Assembly (NCBI GenBank): GCA_964035545.1
Contig: OZ037772.1
Coordinates: forward strand, 2,666,001 to 2,730,000
From: Bugula neritina
Taxonomy: Eukaryota > Animalia > Bryozoa
Length of the DNA: 64,000 nucleotides
Reading direction: 5' to 3'
A program made the translations under genes and the position numbers. Positions 1 through 11,841 of the stretch are shown piece by piece (position 1 is the stretch's first letter; every line of letters begins with the position of its first letter). The notes below the pieces were generated by a model. That model ran no database searches. It had not been told where the DNA came from and was given only the letters and a program-made list of their open reading frames with translations.

Positions 1-129
1 TGGTGTCTGTAAAGAGGGCTGTCAGGTGAGTAGTCGCTATGACCTACACTGCGAGTTATTGATGACTTTCATACTATGAGTTGTGACTACCTACTATAAT
101 TTATACTGCGAGTCCAAGTAGCTGCTGTA

Positions 130-243
130 ACTTATGCTGTGAGTCATGGCTAACTGAAATCACTTATACTGTGAGTCATGACTAACTGAAATCACTTATA
201 CTGTGAGTCATGACTAACTGATATCACTTATACTGTGAGTCAA
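130..243. repeat. 32-bp intronic minisatellite (CACTTATACTGTGAGTCATGACTAACTGAAAT), ~3.5 copies
   Basis: Unit recurs at 161 and 193. Confidence 0.85.
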
Positions 244-497
244 TTATCAAAAATAGCAAAGAAGTAGAGATATGTTGTGTATGTGAGATATGTGAGGTTA
301 TTTAGTGACTAGTTCGCTATTTATAGAGTTTTGTTTCTATTAATAGACTGTACTGAAGATGAACAATGTAGATCTGAGTTTACTGAATGCATATCCAACA
401 TATGCTATCAGCTTTATCCTCTCAACAATTCAGATCTTTCTGATGCTGAGCAGGACAGACTCTTTGATGATCCGCTGGACATATAGAATGATGGTAA

Positions 498-740
498 GTT
501 ACTCTGTTAGTACAGTTACTCTGTTAGTACAGTTACTCTGTTAGTACAGTTACTCTGTTAGTATAGTTACTCTGTTAGTATAGTTACTCTGTTAGTACAG
601 TTACTCTGTTAGTACAGTTACTCTGTTAGTATAGTTACTCTGTTAGTATAGTTACTCTGTTAGTATAGTTACTCTGTTAGTATAGTTACTCTGTTAGTAT
701 AGTTACTCTGTTAGTTTAATTACTCTGTTAGTATAGTTAC
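498..740. repeat. 17-bp intronic minisatellite (GTTACTCTGTTAGTAYA)n
   Basis: About 14 near-perfect tandem copies. Confidence 0.95.
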
Positions 741-984
741 AGTAGCAGTTTGCTAGTCATAATAACTTGCACTGTTAGCTGCTTAACTAGTTATTCTACA
801 TCTCTTGTAGCCACAACCAAAGTGGTGTCTATATATCCTGCTAGTGACTTGAGTAATGACTCATATGTCTCCTACAGTACGAGTGGTCAGCTTGCGGCAG
901 TGTTGGAAGAGAGTGGAGACAACTTGGATCAGAGGTATAGGTATTGCTTAGTATAAGTTATACCATTACCATATATAAGCAGAG

Positions 985-1029
985 TGACAGATGAACTGAC
1001 TGACTGACGGACAAACTGACTGACTGACT

Positions 1030-1060
<31 letters not shown>

Positions 1061-1095
1061 GGACTGGCTGACTGACTGACTGGACAAACAGACAG
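985..1095. repeat. (GACT)n microsatellite
   Basis: gactgactgact run with gacg/gaca variants. Confidence 0.9.
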
Positions 1096-2611
1096 ATAAA
1101 CAGATAGGTAAATATTGATCACATATATACTGAAGCTACCAACTGAGACCCATACTGTGTTTTGATTTAGCATATACTGGTATATGATATCTTTCTACAA
1201 TGTGTTTACAGTTTACTCTACAAAGGATAGTTCCATCAGATGGACTCACTCTACTCACGTGTAAGACTCATCAAGAATGTTTACCCAATCAGATCTGTGG
1301 TAACGAGGTGTGCACACTGACATGTAAAAGTGACTCTGAGTGTACATTCAACCAGGTTAGATACTGCATACATGTCTCTATCCTAGCAGCTAATTGTACG
1401 ACCATATATGGAAGTGTTCAATTCAATGTCTATATATGGGATTATTTATCTCTGTGGCCATATATGGTAGCGAATGTCCTTGTGCATGTCCGTATTTGGC
1501 AATATGTATATCCGTGACCATATATGGTATGAACATATTTTATGACAAACTGTTTCTATGATGCATGTAGCTGTATGCGTTTTTATGACTATATTATATA
1601 ACAGCAATGTGAATAGCAGTTGATGAATGTATGCATTTCTATGACCTTATAGCTGTATATTTCTTCATGACTGTATTTAGTAGTAAACTATCTCTATGAT
1701 CATGATATAATATCTATTAAGCAAACTTTCTATTACACATCAGGTCTACTCTGACAGTAGCCTGTATACGTATAGATATCATTTACTGACTGGATGTTTT
1801 TCCTAACATTGCCCATAGCTTTTTTCGTGGCTCGAACCTATCATTTCGTGTTTACTAGGCAAACCCTCGAAAACCCCTAGACCATGTCTGCCACATGTTA
1901 TTTATTTATATGGGTGTCAGTGTGAAGTTCCGGTTTGTAGGAGATCCTGGTTAAATTGGACCACAAGGACCCAGTGGACGAGACGGAGAAAATGGAGCTC
2001 CTGGTTTACAGGTATTTCACAAACTATTCTGAAACTCATACTTTTATTGTTCATTTTCTATGTATTCTCCACCATGTTTTTACTAGAAGTAGACTTTAAT
2101 TCAGTAATAAGTTCAAATAAATTATTGTTTTGCATTATGCAGTTTATTATTGCCTGAATCTTGTAATAAGAATATTGACAATATTAGAGCAGCAATGTGA
2201 TTGGCTTAACAATACCAGAGCAGGGATTTGATTGGCTTAGCAATATCAGTGCAGCGATGTGATTAGTTTTACAATATCAGTGCAGCGATGTGATTGGCTA
2301 CTCTGTTCTGTTCTGCAGGGCTTCAGAGAAGATGAGGGGAAACGGGATTGCCCTGTGCTGTAGGAGATGCTGGAAAACCCGGACCTCAATGTCCAATGGG
2401 AGAGAGCCGGTCGACTGGGCTCAAGAGGTTCCTCGGACCAGTCGGTGCTCCTGGTTATCCTGACCTGCAAGGACCGAGGTTGGTGAATAGTATCTTTGTG
2501 GGGCTCACTGCTTGTGTGGGAGTTGTTTCCTCTGAAATATTTGGAAATATAGCTTGAGTTCCTTGCCTTGTGTTATCAGTTAGCCACGCCTAGGTGTTTC
2601 ACAGTTTATTA

Positions 2612-3099
2612 CAGGGTTGGGGTAATTGTAATTTGTAATTGTAATTTGTCGTATTTAATTACATTTCTTCAAGTAATTGAATGTAATTTGTAATTGACGT
2701 ATAAAAATGTAATTGTAATTGTAATTAATTACATATCTAATGTAATTGATTTTTACAATTACATCTCATACTTAAGAAATTCATACTTTTTTAACATGCC
2801 TACTGTTAAATAACAAGTTCAGGTTAAGTCAATGTAGTATAGTATCAGTGTTGAGAACAAAGCACGTTCACCACTGTCAAAATTGCCCCTGCTAGTTGGA
2901 CCCTAGAAGTGAAATTGCATAACTTCTATTTGTCCTTTGTGAGAACAAAAGTAATTGTAATTGTAATTAATTGCTTTACAATGTAATTTTGTAATGTAAT
3001 TAATTACATTTATTTCAACTGTAATTATAATTGTATTTGACAAATTCTCATGTAATTGTAATTAATTACATTCACATGTAATTGACCCCAACAACCCTG
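2612..3099. mobile_element. hAT-type MITE with 8-bp TSD GTTTATTA
   Basis: Termini CAGGGTTGGGGTAATT ... AATTGACCCCAACAACCCTG; GTTTATTA at 2604-2611 and 3100-3107; many internal GTAATT/AATTAC repeats. Confidence 0.9.
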
Positions 3100-3740
3100 G
3101 TTTATTATGGAGCTCATACTTTTATTGTTCAAGGTCTAGATGTATTCTCCACCATGTTTTTACTAGAAGTAAACTTTAATTCAGTAATAAGTTTAAAATA
3201 AATTGTTTTTTCATATTTTGCTGTTTATTATTGCCTGAGTATTGTAATGAGAATATTGGCTTCACAATTCCAGTGCAGCGATGTGATTGGTTTGACAATA
3301 TCAATGCAGCGATGTGATTGGCTTGACAGTATCAGTGTAGTGATGTGATTGGCTACTCTGTTCTGTTCTGCAGGGCCATGCCTACTTGTATTATGTGTTA
3401 GTCTTGTTTTGCAGTGAACAGAAAGGGATAATGGGTCATAAAAGACACCCGGGATCTTACAGAACTGATGGTGAGGAAGGGTTCATCTGATGTTGATGGC
3501 CTGCCTGGTATATCCGGCAATCCTGGAGATGCAGGAGAAAGGAGACCACCTTGTTTCCCAGGAGATACCGGACTTTTTGGAGAACCAGGTGATGTTTACG
3601 CTCAATTGAGTTTAATCTGTCAAGGTGAGTTGGGATCTTTTTCGTTTTCATTATTTTATGTTTGTTATGTGGAAAACGGGAAAACTCTGTCTCGGAGCAT
3701 TTTTGTTTTTTCAGAGAGCTTTGGATTATTTGATTATGGT

Positions 3741-4022
3741 CTACACAGGGGTGTAGACAGACTAAACTACACAGGGGTGTAGACAAACTAAACTAGACAG
3801 GGGTGTAGACAAACCAAGCAACACAGACGTGTAAACAGACTGAACTGCACAAGGTGTAGACTGACTAAACTATATTTTGGTTTAAACAGACTAAACTACA
3901 CAGGGGTGTAAACAGACTAAACTACGCAGGGGTGTACACAGACTAAATTACACAGGGTTGTAGACAGACTAAACTACATAGGGATGTAGACAGACTAAAC
4001 TACATAGGGATGTAGACAGACA
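3741..4022. repeat. 26-bp intronic minisatellite (CTACACAGGGGTGTAGACAGACTAAA)n
   Basis: About 11 diverged tandem copies. Confidence 0.9.
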
Positions 4023-4635
4023 AAACTTACTACAAACTTATAACTACCTTGCGTCATGCTGTCTCTATTCTCTCCTATAATTTCACCTTTATTTAGGGAG
4101 TAGATTTCAAGTGGGCTATTCTATAGTGACCAGTCACACTGTTTATTATAGCAACATAGAAATCAAGTTGAAAACTAGTTGCACCTGTTGTGATGCTATC
4201 AGTGGGTGCTTACAGGTAGAGACGGAGTACCTGGACCTGTTGAGATCGGATATCAGGGTAAACAAGGAGATCAAGGTCCTGCAGGTAAAAATGAGGAGTG
4301 ACTCACCCTTGCTTGTGTATTTCTATTCTTTTTAGGTATTCTATAATATGCTGGGGTTGTCAGATTGATCTAGTGGAGTTACCTCCTCTTAAGTGAAAAA
4401 TACTTGAATATTATAATTTGCTCATCAATCTCACTGATTAAAGCTACTGCTGTCAAAAAAACAAGATTGTTGCAGTCTAAAAATGAACGCCAGCTATAAA
4501 CTATACACAGCAAATTTTTTAGCTTGGAGTAAATTGACCAATTTATGATAATCAATTTTAATTTTTTAGCTTTTATAGTATGGATGTTGATGAGTGTTGC
4601 TATAGTAACATGTTGGTTTCCTGTATGGATTGTAG

Positions 4636-5473
4636 TTTGAGTATCAGGCAGAGTTTTCCCAACTCAACTTCCTTCAAATTCACTCTGAGAGAGCAAAGCA
4701 AACCCTGACTCACAGGTAATAGTCACTGCTAGCAGCTTATCAAATAGTCACTAGTTGCTAGTCACCAGATACTAAACCTCTACTATGTTGCTAGTCACTT
4801 GATACTCTGAACAATCACTGGCTTCTTCTTAAGCTGAGTGAGTTGTTGGTATGACTGTTCCTTTTGCTGATTGTAGATGTATAAACTCAGTGGCGGTAGA
4901 AGACGCATGCGAAAGGAAGAATAAGTCAGTCATTTTATATACAGCTGGTGATAAAGAATACACAGCAACAACAGATAGCAGGTCCCAATATCCAGTGCTG
5001 CAGGTTGATTGCAGGATTTTTACAAGGTATCTAAATCTGACCTATATACTGTAAATCTGACCTATATACTGTAAATCTGACCTATATAGTGTAAATTCTA
5101 CCTATATAGTGTTAACCTGACCTATAAAGTGTAAATCTAACCTATATAGCATAAATTCGACTTGCACTTGAACATGATTGCGATAGTTGCATCTTTTTTT
5201 GTATTGATATACAATATAGCTTGCCTTTGAGGCTTTTTAACGACTACTAATGAGTTCAACCCAAAAGCCACTTTGATTTCTGTGCAAGTTTAGAATTTTG
5301 AGTTTGCCCTCTGCCATTTTGTAGTATTCCAAATACTATCAGAAGCTCCGACAGGGATTGAGATTGACACCAAGACCCCCACCCACTTGCCTATTATTGA
5401 CATCGCTCCTGGTGACATTAGGACCACTCACAAAGAGTTTGGGGTTCAGCTTGGAGAAGTCTGCTTTTCATAG
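4636..5473 (+). pseudogene. Last three exons of a fibrillar collagen C-propeptide (COLFI) domain
   Basis: 4636-4715 FEYQAEFSQLNFLQIHSERAKQTLTHR splices in phase 2 to 4877- CINSVAVEDACERKNKSVILYTAGDKEYTATTDSRSQYPVLQVDC. The final exon reads IEIDTKTPTHLPIIDIAPGDIRTTHKEFGVQLGEVCFS* (TAG 5471-5473). These match the COLFI motifs QLxFL..S..AxQxITYxCxNS and LPIxDxAPxDIG...EFGxxxGxVCF. Confidence 0.9.
5031..5160. repeat. 20-bp minisatellite (GTAAATCTGACCTATATACT)n
   Basis: About 6 tandem copies in the last collagen intron. Confidence 0.9.
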
Positions 5474-6136
5474 ACTCATATCTAACAACAGTGTTATTTG
5501 GCTGATTTTTTAAAACTGTCCCTGATTAGATTTTTATATAACCTAATTTTAAATGAAATATTTGATTACTCTAAATAAATTTATCCGAGACTTCTGAGGC
5601 AGTGATGGTGATTTTTGTACATATAAATTTGAAGGAGTTTAGCTATAGGGTTTATGCTGTTTTTTAATTATTCCACCATAACCTGAGATTGTGAGTAGGG
5701 ATTCTAGAATGAGGTAGGGAGGGTGTTATGCCTCTCCCTATGACTTTATGTATTTAGAAACTGTTGTTAATTTAGTAATTCTGTTGATGGTACATTTTTA
5801 AATTCATTTAATCCAATCATTTCTCTGATATTACAAAATATATTTTACCATAAGGTGCTACACAACTTATTTCTCAGCTTGTAAATTTCATCATCAAAAT
5901 TATTATAGTACTAAAGTTGGTCACAGATTTCTGATAAGCTGCAGTTTTCAGATCTGATTATTTGACTTATTTATCCTGAAATTAGACATTGTTAGTTTAA
6001 AATGGAATTTAACATATATTTTAGTTACTTAGTTTCAACTGTGTTGACCATATCAACATTTTAAATTTTACTTTGGCTGCTATGAAGTATAATATAAGCA
6101 AATGGCATTAAGTTATTAATATATAATAAGGTTTGC

Positions 6137-6290
6137 AAAGACTTAATATACCAAGCAACTGTGACAAGACATGACAATAACTCCAGCCAATCATACATAG
6201 GACTCTGTTCAACTACCTTCAAAGCCAGACTCAGCAACCATAAAGCCTCTTTCCTACATGCAGATAAAACCAACAGCACACAACTCAACA
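6137..6290 (+). mobile_element. Penelope-like element GIY-YIG endonuclease fragment
   Basis: [50 protein letters not shown] carries the IY...YIG...FKxRxxNH motifs; runs directly into (TA)n. Confidence 0.85.
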
Positions 6291-6471
<181 letters not shown>

Positions 6472-6742
6472 GCGGCCCAGAGAGGAACTCAGTCATCATG
6501 AACTCCAATGTCAATAATTTGAATATACTACAATAATACATATAGTATATTATTATTACTCTTTCAGGATAATCATTCTATTTATATTAACACCTGTTTA
6601 TTTGAAGTAATTTAATAAGTTTTGCTGTAAATTTATTTCTCAAACCAGCATGTCAGTTAAATATAAAAGTACAATCACACATACAACATGTAGACATGTA
6701 GTTATATACATTATAAAACATAATTATTATGTTGGTGAAATG

Positions 6743-7771
6743 CTATACAGTATATTATGTTATACATTATATTATGTTATACAGTATATTATGTTATACA
6801 GTATATTATATTATACAGTATATTATGTTATACATTATATTATGTTATACATTATATTATGTTATACAGTATATTATGTTAAACAGTATATTATATTATA
6901 CAGTATATTATGTTATACATTATATTATGTTATACATTATATTATGTTATACAGTATATTATATTATACAGTATATTATGTTATACATTATATTATGTTA
7001 CACAGTATACTATGTTATACAGTATATTATGTTATACAGTATATTATGTTATACAGTATACTACGTTATACAGTATATGTTATGTCATACAGTATAATAA
7101 GTTTTACAGTATATTATGTTATACAGTATCTTATGTTATACAGTATATTATGTTATACAGTATATTATGTTATACAGTATACTATGTCATACAGTATACT
7201 ATGTTATACAGTATACTATGTTACACAGTATATTATGTTATACAGTATATTATATGTTATACAGTATATTATGTCATACAGTATACTATGTTATACAGTA
7301 TATTATGTTATACAGTATATTATGTTATACAGTATATTATATTATACAGTATATTATGTTATACATTATATTATGTTATACAGTATACTATGTTATACAG
7401 TATACTATGTTATACAGTATACTATGTTATACAGTATATTATGTTATACAGTATATTATGTTATACAGTATACTATGTTATACAGTATACTATGTTATAC
7501 AGTATATTATGTTATACAGTATATTATGTTATACATTATATTATGTTATACAGTATACTATGTTATACAGTATACTATGTTATACAGTATACTATGTTAT
7601 ACAGTATATTATGTTAAACAGTATATTATGTTATACAGTATATTATGTTATACAGTATACTATGTTATACAGTATATTATGTTATACAGTATATTATGTC
7701 ATACAGTATATTATGTTATACAGTATATTATGGTATACAGTATATTATGGTATACAGTATATTATGTTATA
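6743..7771. repeat. 17-bp minisatellite (TATACAGTATATTATGT)n, ~60 copies
   Basis: Direct tandem array; produces the spurious MLYSILCYTVYYVIQY ORFs. Confidence 0.97.
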
Positions 7772-9076
7772 GGGGTAACGGGGGCACAACGGGCCGAATT
7801 TTGCATTTGTTGCTCTCATTTGTCTGTTTTTCAAGTTACTAGTTCAATAATCTCTAGTCTTAATGCTGCATATGTTGTCTATTACAGGTATCAGTTTGTT
7901 GTTTCTATCTCTCTCACAACTTTTAGAATAATGAAATGTTCAAGACCCATTGTGTCCCATTGTACCCATTGTACCGGGGTACAATGGGACACAACAAATC
8001 TATTGAAATTTTGCGTATATTTTGTTACATCTGATCTTTATTTATTTAATATTACAAATAAATAAAGATTCTCTTTCAGATCTACAGCAAAATTCATGTT
8101 TTAGCTGTACAGTTTGTGTTACTTCGGTTAGCAGAGGGAGGCAAAATCAAACGCACGTCACTAGGTTCTGCAGTGCCATTATCATTACTGTTTAGAACTA
8201 AAAATGTTCTGTTATTTTCACTTCAGAGCAACATTTATCAAAAAAAACTTTAGTAACGTGTACTACAAAAATCAGAGTAGACTTTTTTCTATGAACTGTA
8301 GCTAAGGTGCATGGCTGAGGTTTGTTACTGGAGTAAGGAGGAGAGAGGGGAAGCAAATGAGCAAATCACAATTTATTTCAGTCAAATACATGATGTATAT
8401 TCCCTCAATGGTGTAATATATAATGAATATCAATGACTATTTACTAGTAGCAACAGCAGAGTGTTTTGTATTATGTATAAAATTGCAAAGCTTTAACCTC
8501 ACCAGATGTATATATTAGGGGAGCTTCAACTTGTAGTTTTGTAGTCTTACCATGATGTCTTTGATATTTTACAAAAAGGTCAGAAATGGCTATATCTATA
8601 GATTTTAGTAACAGTTCAACCAACTTTTTATGCAAACAAACTAATAACAGTGATCAGGGTGCAATAATCAGGTGGCCCATTGTGCCCCGGTCAGCGTGGC
8701 CCATTGTGCCCCGTGTGGCCAAATTGAGAATAAATGTGCCCCAAGAAAAATTTATTTCAGTGTTTGCTGTTATACTAGTTAAGCATTGTAGAGACAAGCA
8801 ATGGCAACAATATTAGTAAAATCTAGGCTTCTTGCCTTTGAGTGTAAAAAGTTATGAGGCTTTAGCGACGTCCTAAAAAATTTACAAAAAGTAGGTAAAA
8901 ACAGTTTTTTACTCGCCTTTTCAACACGTATATTCCGCAAGTGTTGAAACTACAAAAGCTGAATAATTATGTCAATACCTTTTTATGAAAAAAAAATCAC
9001 AACTCTAAGTTAATAAGTTCTCTCACAATTTGGCCGGCTTTTTGTACCCCTATGACCGTTGTGCCCCCGTTACCCC
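7772..9076 (+). mobile_element. Full-length 1.3-kb non-autonomous DNA transposon, 21-bp TIR GGGGTAACGGGGGCACAACGG, flanked by TA (Tc1/mariner-pogo-like target)
   Basis: TA|GGGGTAACGGGGGCACAACGG ... CCGTTGTGCCCCCGTTACCCC|TA; internal TGGCCCATTGTGCCCC repeats; no transposase ORF; three further partial copies in the window. Confidence 0.9.
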
Positions 9077-9769
9077 TACTGTGTAGGTATATAGTGTAAG
9101 TATACTGTGTAGGTATATAGTGTAAGTATACTGTGTAGGCACACAGTGTAAGTATGTATTGTGCAAGTATATAGTGTAAGTATATACAGTAAGTATACAG
9201 TATAAGTATACTGTGTAATTATCAGAGCAAGTAATTAAGTAGAAATATCAGTGTAGCTATCTAAGAGTTATGAATCACCTTAAAATAACTATTTGCAGGT
9301 AAAAATAAATTAAAAGTGAAATTCAAAGCCAATATATTAACTGTAACATACAATATAGTATAATATTCAATATAAAATAAAATATAATACTTGATATAAT
9401 GTTAAATTTGAAATGTTATATATGTGTTATATAACATAATGTTTAATATATTGAAAAAGAAGAGAATAACCTCAAGACTCCCTGACACACTTCACTTATG
9501 TGGTAATAAAATATTCTCATATACATACTAGTTTTCATTTACATACTCACTCCATAATCTCTGAGCACAGGCTTGTCGCTCATGCATTCAGATAAGCTTT
9601 GATCTGAACAGACAACTCTTAATCTACAGAAAAAATTTAATATTTGTGACACAGAATAATATAAAATAATCCTGCAGCATCCTGTTTCACAGAAATCTCA
9701 TGGTTTTGTATTTAGGAATGAGCAAAGTAGAAATGGAGGAGTCTAAGCTACTCATTTACCTTGATATAA

Positions 9770-10148
9770 GCCTAGGGCCACACTGTGCGTATTTTCGCAT
9801 GCGAAAATTGAAACTACAAGTAGCAAAGGCGTCCACTGTAACGTCAGTGATGCGTGATAAATAACGCTTTCACTTTTAAATCGCACTCGCTTTCAATAAA
9901 ACGCAATTTACTGGAATTTGGCACTAAAATAAAGAAATTGGGCTCGCTTAATAACTACCAGCCAATTAGGTGGCGACGGCAGAGACGATTCGCACTTGCG
10001 TTGAAAATGCAGAGCGACAAGTGCGAATGTTTTCTCTGAGAAAACATTCGCACTTGTCGCTCTGCATTTTCAACGCGCACAGTGGACACCTTTGCTACTT
10101 GTGATTTCAATTTTCGCATGCGAAAATACGCACAGTGTGGCCCTAGGC
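9770..10148. mobile_element. PIF/Harbinger-type MITE, TIR GCCTAGGGCCACACTGTGCGTATTTTCGCATGCGAAAATT, TSD TAA
   Basis: TAA at 9767-9769 and 10149-10151; the paralogous site at ~51030 is empty (ttgataTAAcac); internal perfect hairpin at ~9997-10077. Confidence 0.93.
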
Positions 10149-10459
10149 TAACACATTGAATAAAACACAATAATTCTCATCACAGATTGTAGACTAATAA
10201 TTATGATTTTCATACAAAATTAATTTGTCAGCAACTTCTTCTAGTTTGAAAAAAGCAATAGATTTTACTAAATTTACTACTAAACTGTTAATCTAAATAT
10301 GGAATGGAAAATTCAACATCCCGTAGCAAACAAATCATAAAGAAATACAAATATTTTGCAAAAAAAATTGCATTTATACTTTCAAAGTTTTCAGTCAGAA
10401 ATTCAATTTGACCGAGCTAAAATTTCACCAAGTTACATTGCATCTTAAAAGAATAGTAA

Positions 10460-11114
10460 GTGTGATCACAACTAGACTAGTATGAGTCATAACAACTAAA
10501 CTATTATGAGTCACCACAACTAGAATAGTATGAGTCATCACCACTAGAATAGTATGAGTCATCACAACTAGAATAGTATGAGTCATCACAACTAGAATAG
10601 TATGAGTCATCGCAACTAAACTATTATGAGTCATCACAACTGGAATAGTATGAGCCACCACAACTAGAAGAGTATGAGTCATCACAACTAGACTAGTATG
10701 AGTCATCACAACTAGAATAGTATGAGTCATCACAACTAGAATAGTATGAGTCATCACAACTAGAATAGTATGAGTCATCACAACTAGAATAGTATGAGTC
10801 ATCACAACTAGAATAGTATGAGTCATCACAACTAGAATAGTATGAGTCATCACAACTAGAATAGTATGAGTCATCACAACTAGAATAGTATGAGTCATCA
10901 CAACTAGAATAGTATGAGTCATCACAACTAGAATAGTATGAGTCATCACAACTAGAATAGTATGAGTCATCACAACTAGAATAGTATGAGTCATCACAAC
11001 TAGAATAGTAAGAGTCATCACAACTAGAATAGTATGAGTCACCACAACTAGACTAGTATGAGTCATCACAACTAGAATAGTATGAGTCACCACAACTAAA
11101 CTAGTATGAGTCAT
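10460..11114. repeat. 24-bp intronic minisatellite (AGTATGAGTCATCACAACTAGAAT)n, ~27 copies
   Basis: Tandem array without spacers; paralogous array at 51340-51880. Confidence 0.97.
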
Positions 11115-11122
11115 AGACCTAC

Positions 11123-11269
11123 CTGCTTTTTGCTTTTCACCAGCCGGGTGTCTCCCAGCATAGATGAAGTGGTTGATATTGTCAGGGTAGCTGCGCGGTT
11201 TCTCTCTGCATTTCTTGTATGCTTCTTCATCAAACGTCTTACATGGACCAAACTCAAACACTTGGTTTA
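11123..11269 (-). pseudogene. Orphan 147-bp exon of an unidentified minus-strand gene
   Basis: Bounded by ttacAG and GTaggt; open frame NQVFEFGPCKTFDEEAYKKCREKPRSYPDNINHFIYAGRHPAGEKQKA; the paralog at ~51889-52036 is 1 bp longer; another small exon lies at ~9551-9622. Confidence 0.6.
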
Positions 11270-11841
11270 CTGTAACACAATATACTAGAACATGTTAGTC
11301 TATACTATACTAGGGTACACTATACTATACTAAGAACATACTAGAATATACTAAGTAATTGTAAACATTTGGTTCGCTGTAACATAATATAAAAATATAT
11401 TAGTTGCTGACAGACAGACAGACAGACATTGCATAGTTTGTTAAGTCCTACTAATCAAACTGTAAATTTTACCGGAAACATTGTTAGAAGGTACATAGTA
11501 TATTAGGTGTTCACCTGTATATAGTACTATATGTATATAGCGTTTTGTATTTTTTTCAAACTGCTACAAATGCTCATAAAGAAACAAGCAATACAAGCCG
11601 CTAATATACTGCGTATACCAGCTTCATGCTACTTTACCTGAGCCATTCTATGCTATTGAATGTTTATTTTCTGCAATATTTCTAGCTGTTATAGCTTTGA
11701 ATTTAACATTTCTATGGTGTTTGTGATACAAGTTTCATTTTTTAATAAAGGTGTGCATTCTTTGGCTGAAATGTGGTTTACTTAGCTAGACTGATCCTAG
11801 TGACTTCCAATATTACTATATTTATGATGCTGCTATTGTAG

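Larger units (their letters stand above)
1..5473 (+). pseudogene. Decayed multi-exon fibrillar collagen gene (Cys-rich N-terminal exons, eroded triple-helix exons, COLFI C-propeptide)
   Basis: AG/GT-bounded exons: 1-25 (GVCKEGCQ), 347-493 (CTEDEQCRSEFTECISNIC...; TAG at 484-486), 811-940, ~1212-1355 (CKTHQECLPNQICGNEVCTLTCKSDSECTFNQ), ~1941-2011 (GDPG*IGPQGPSGRDGENGAPGLQ; TAA 1952-1954), 2319-2478 and 3415-3624 (Gly-X-Y with many Gly substitutions and frameshifts), 4216-4284 (GRDGVPGP...GKQGDQGPA), then COLFI exons 4636-4715, 4877-5026 and 5325-5473. Confidence 0.85.

Noticed and set aside
6650-8065. 471-aa ORF and overlapping MLYSILCYTVYYVIQY ORFs
   Set aside because: Translation of a stop-free 17-bp minisatellite running into a transposon end; not a gene.
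8586-8816. 76-aa ORF conserved between transposon copies (also 12912-13142)
   Set aside because: No HTH or DDE motif; conservation is explained by recent copying of a non-autonomous element.
10460-11114. Possible CRISPR array
   Set aside because: Repeats are contiguous with no unique spacers, there are no cas genes, and the context is eukaryotic.
10425-11261. 278-aa ORF with (MTHTILVV)n, and its paralog 51311-51880
   Set aside because: Read-through from a real exon past its GT donor into a 24-bp intronic minisatellite.
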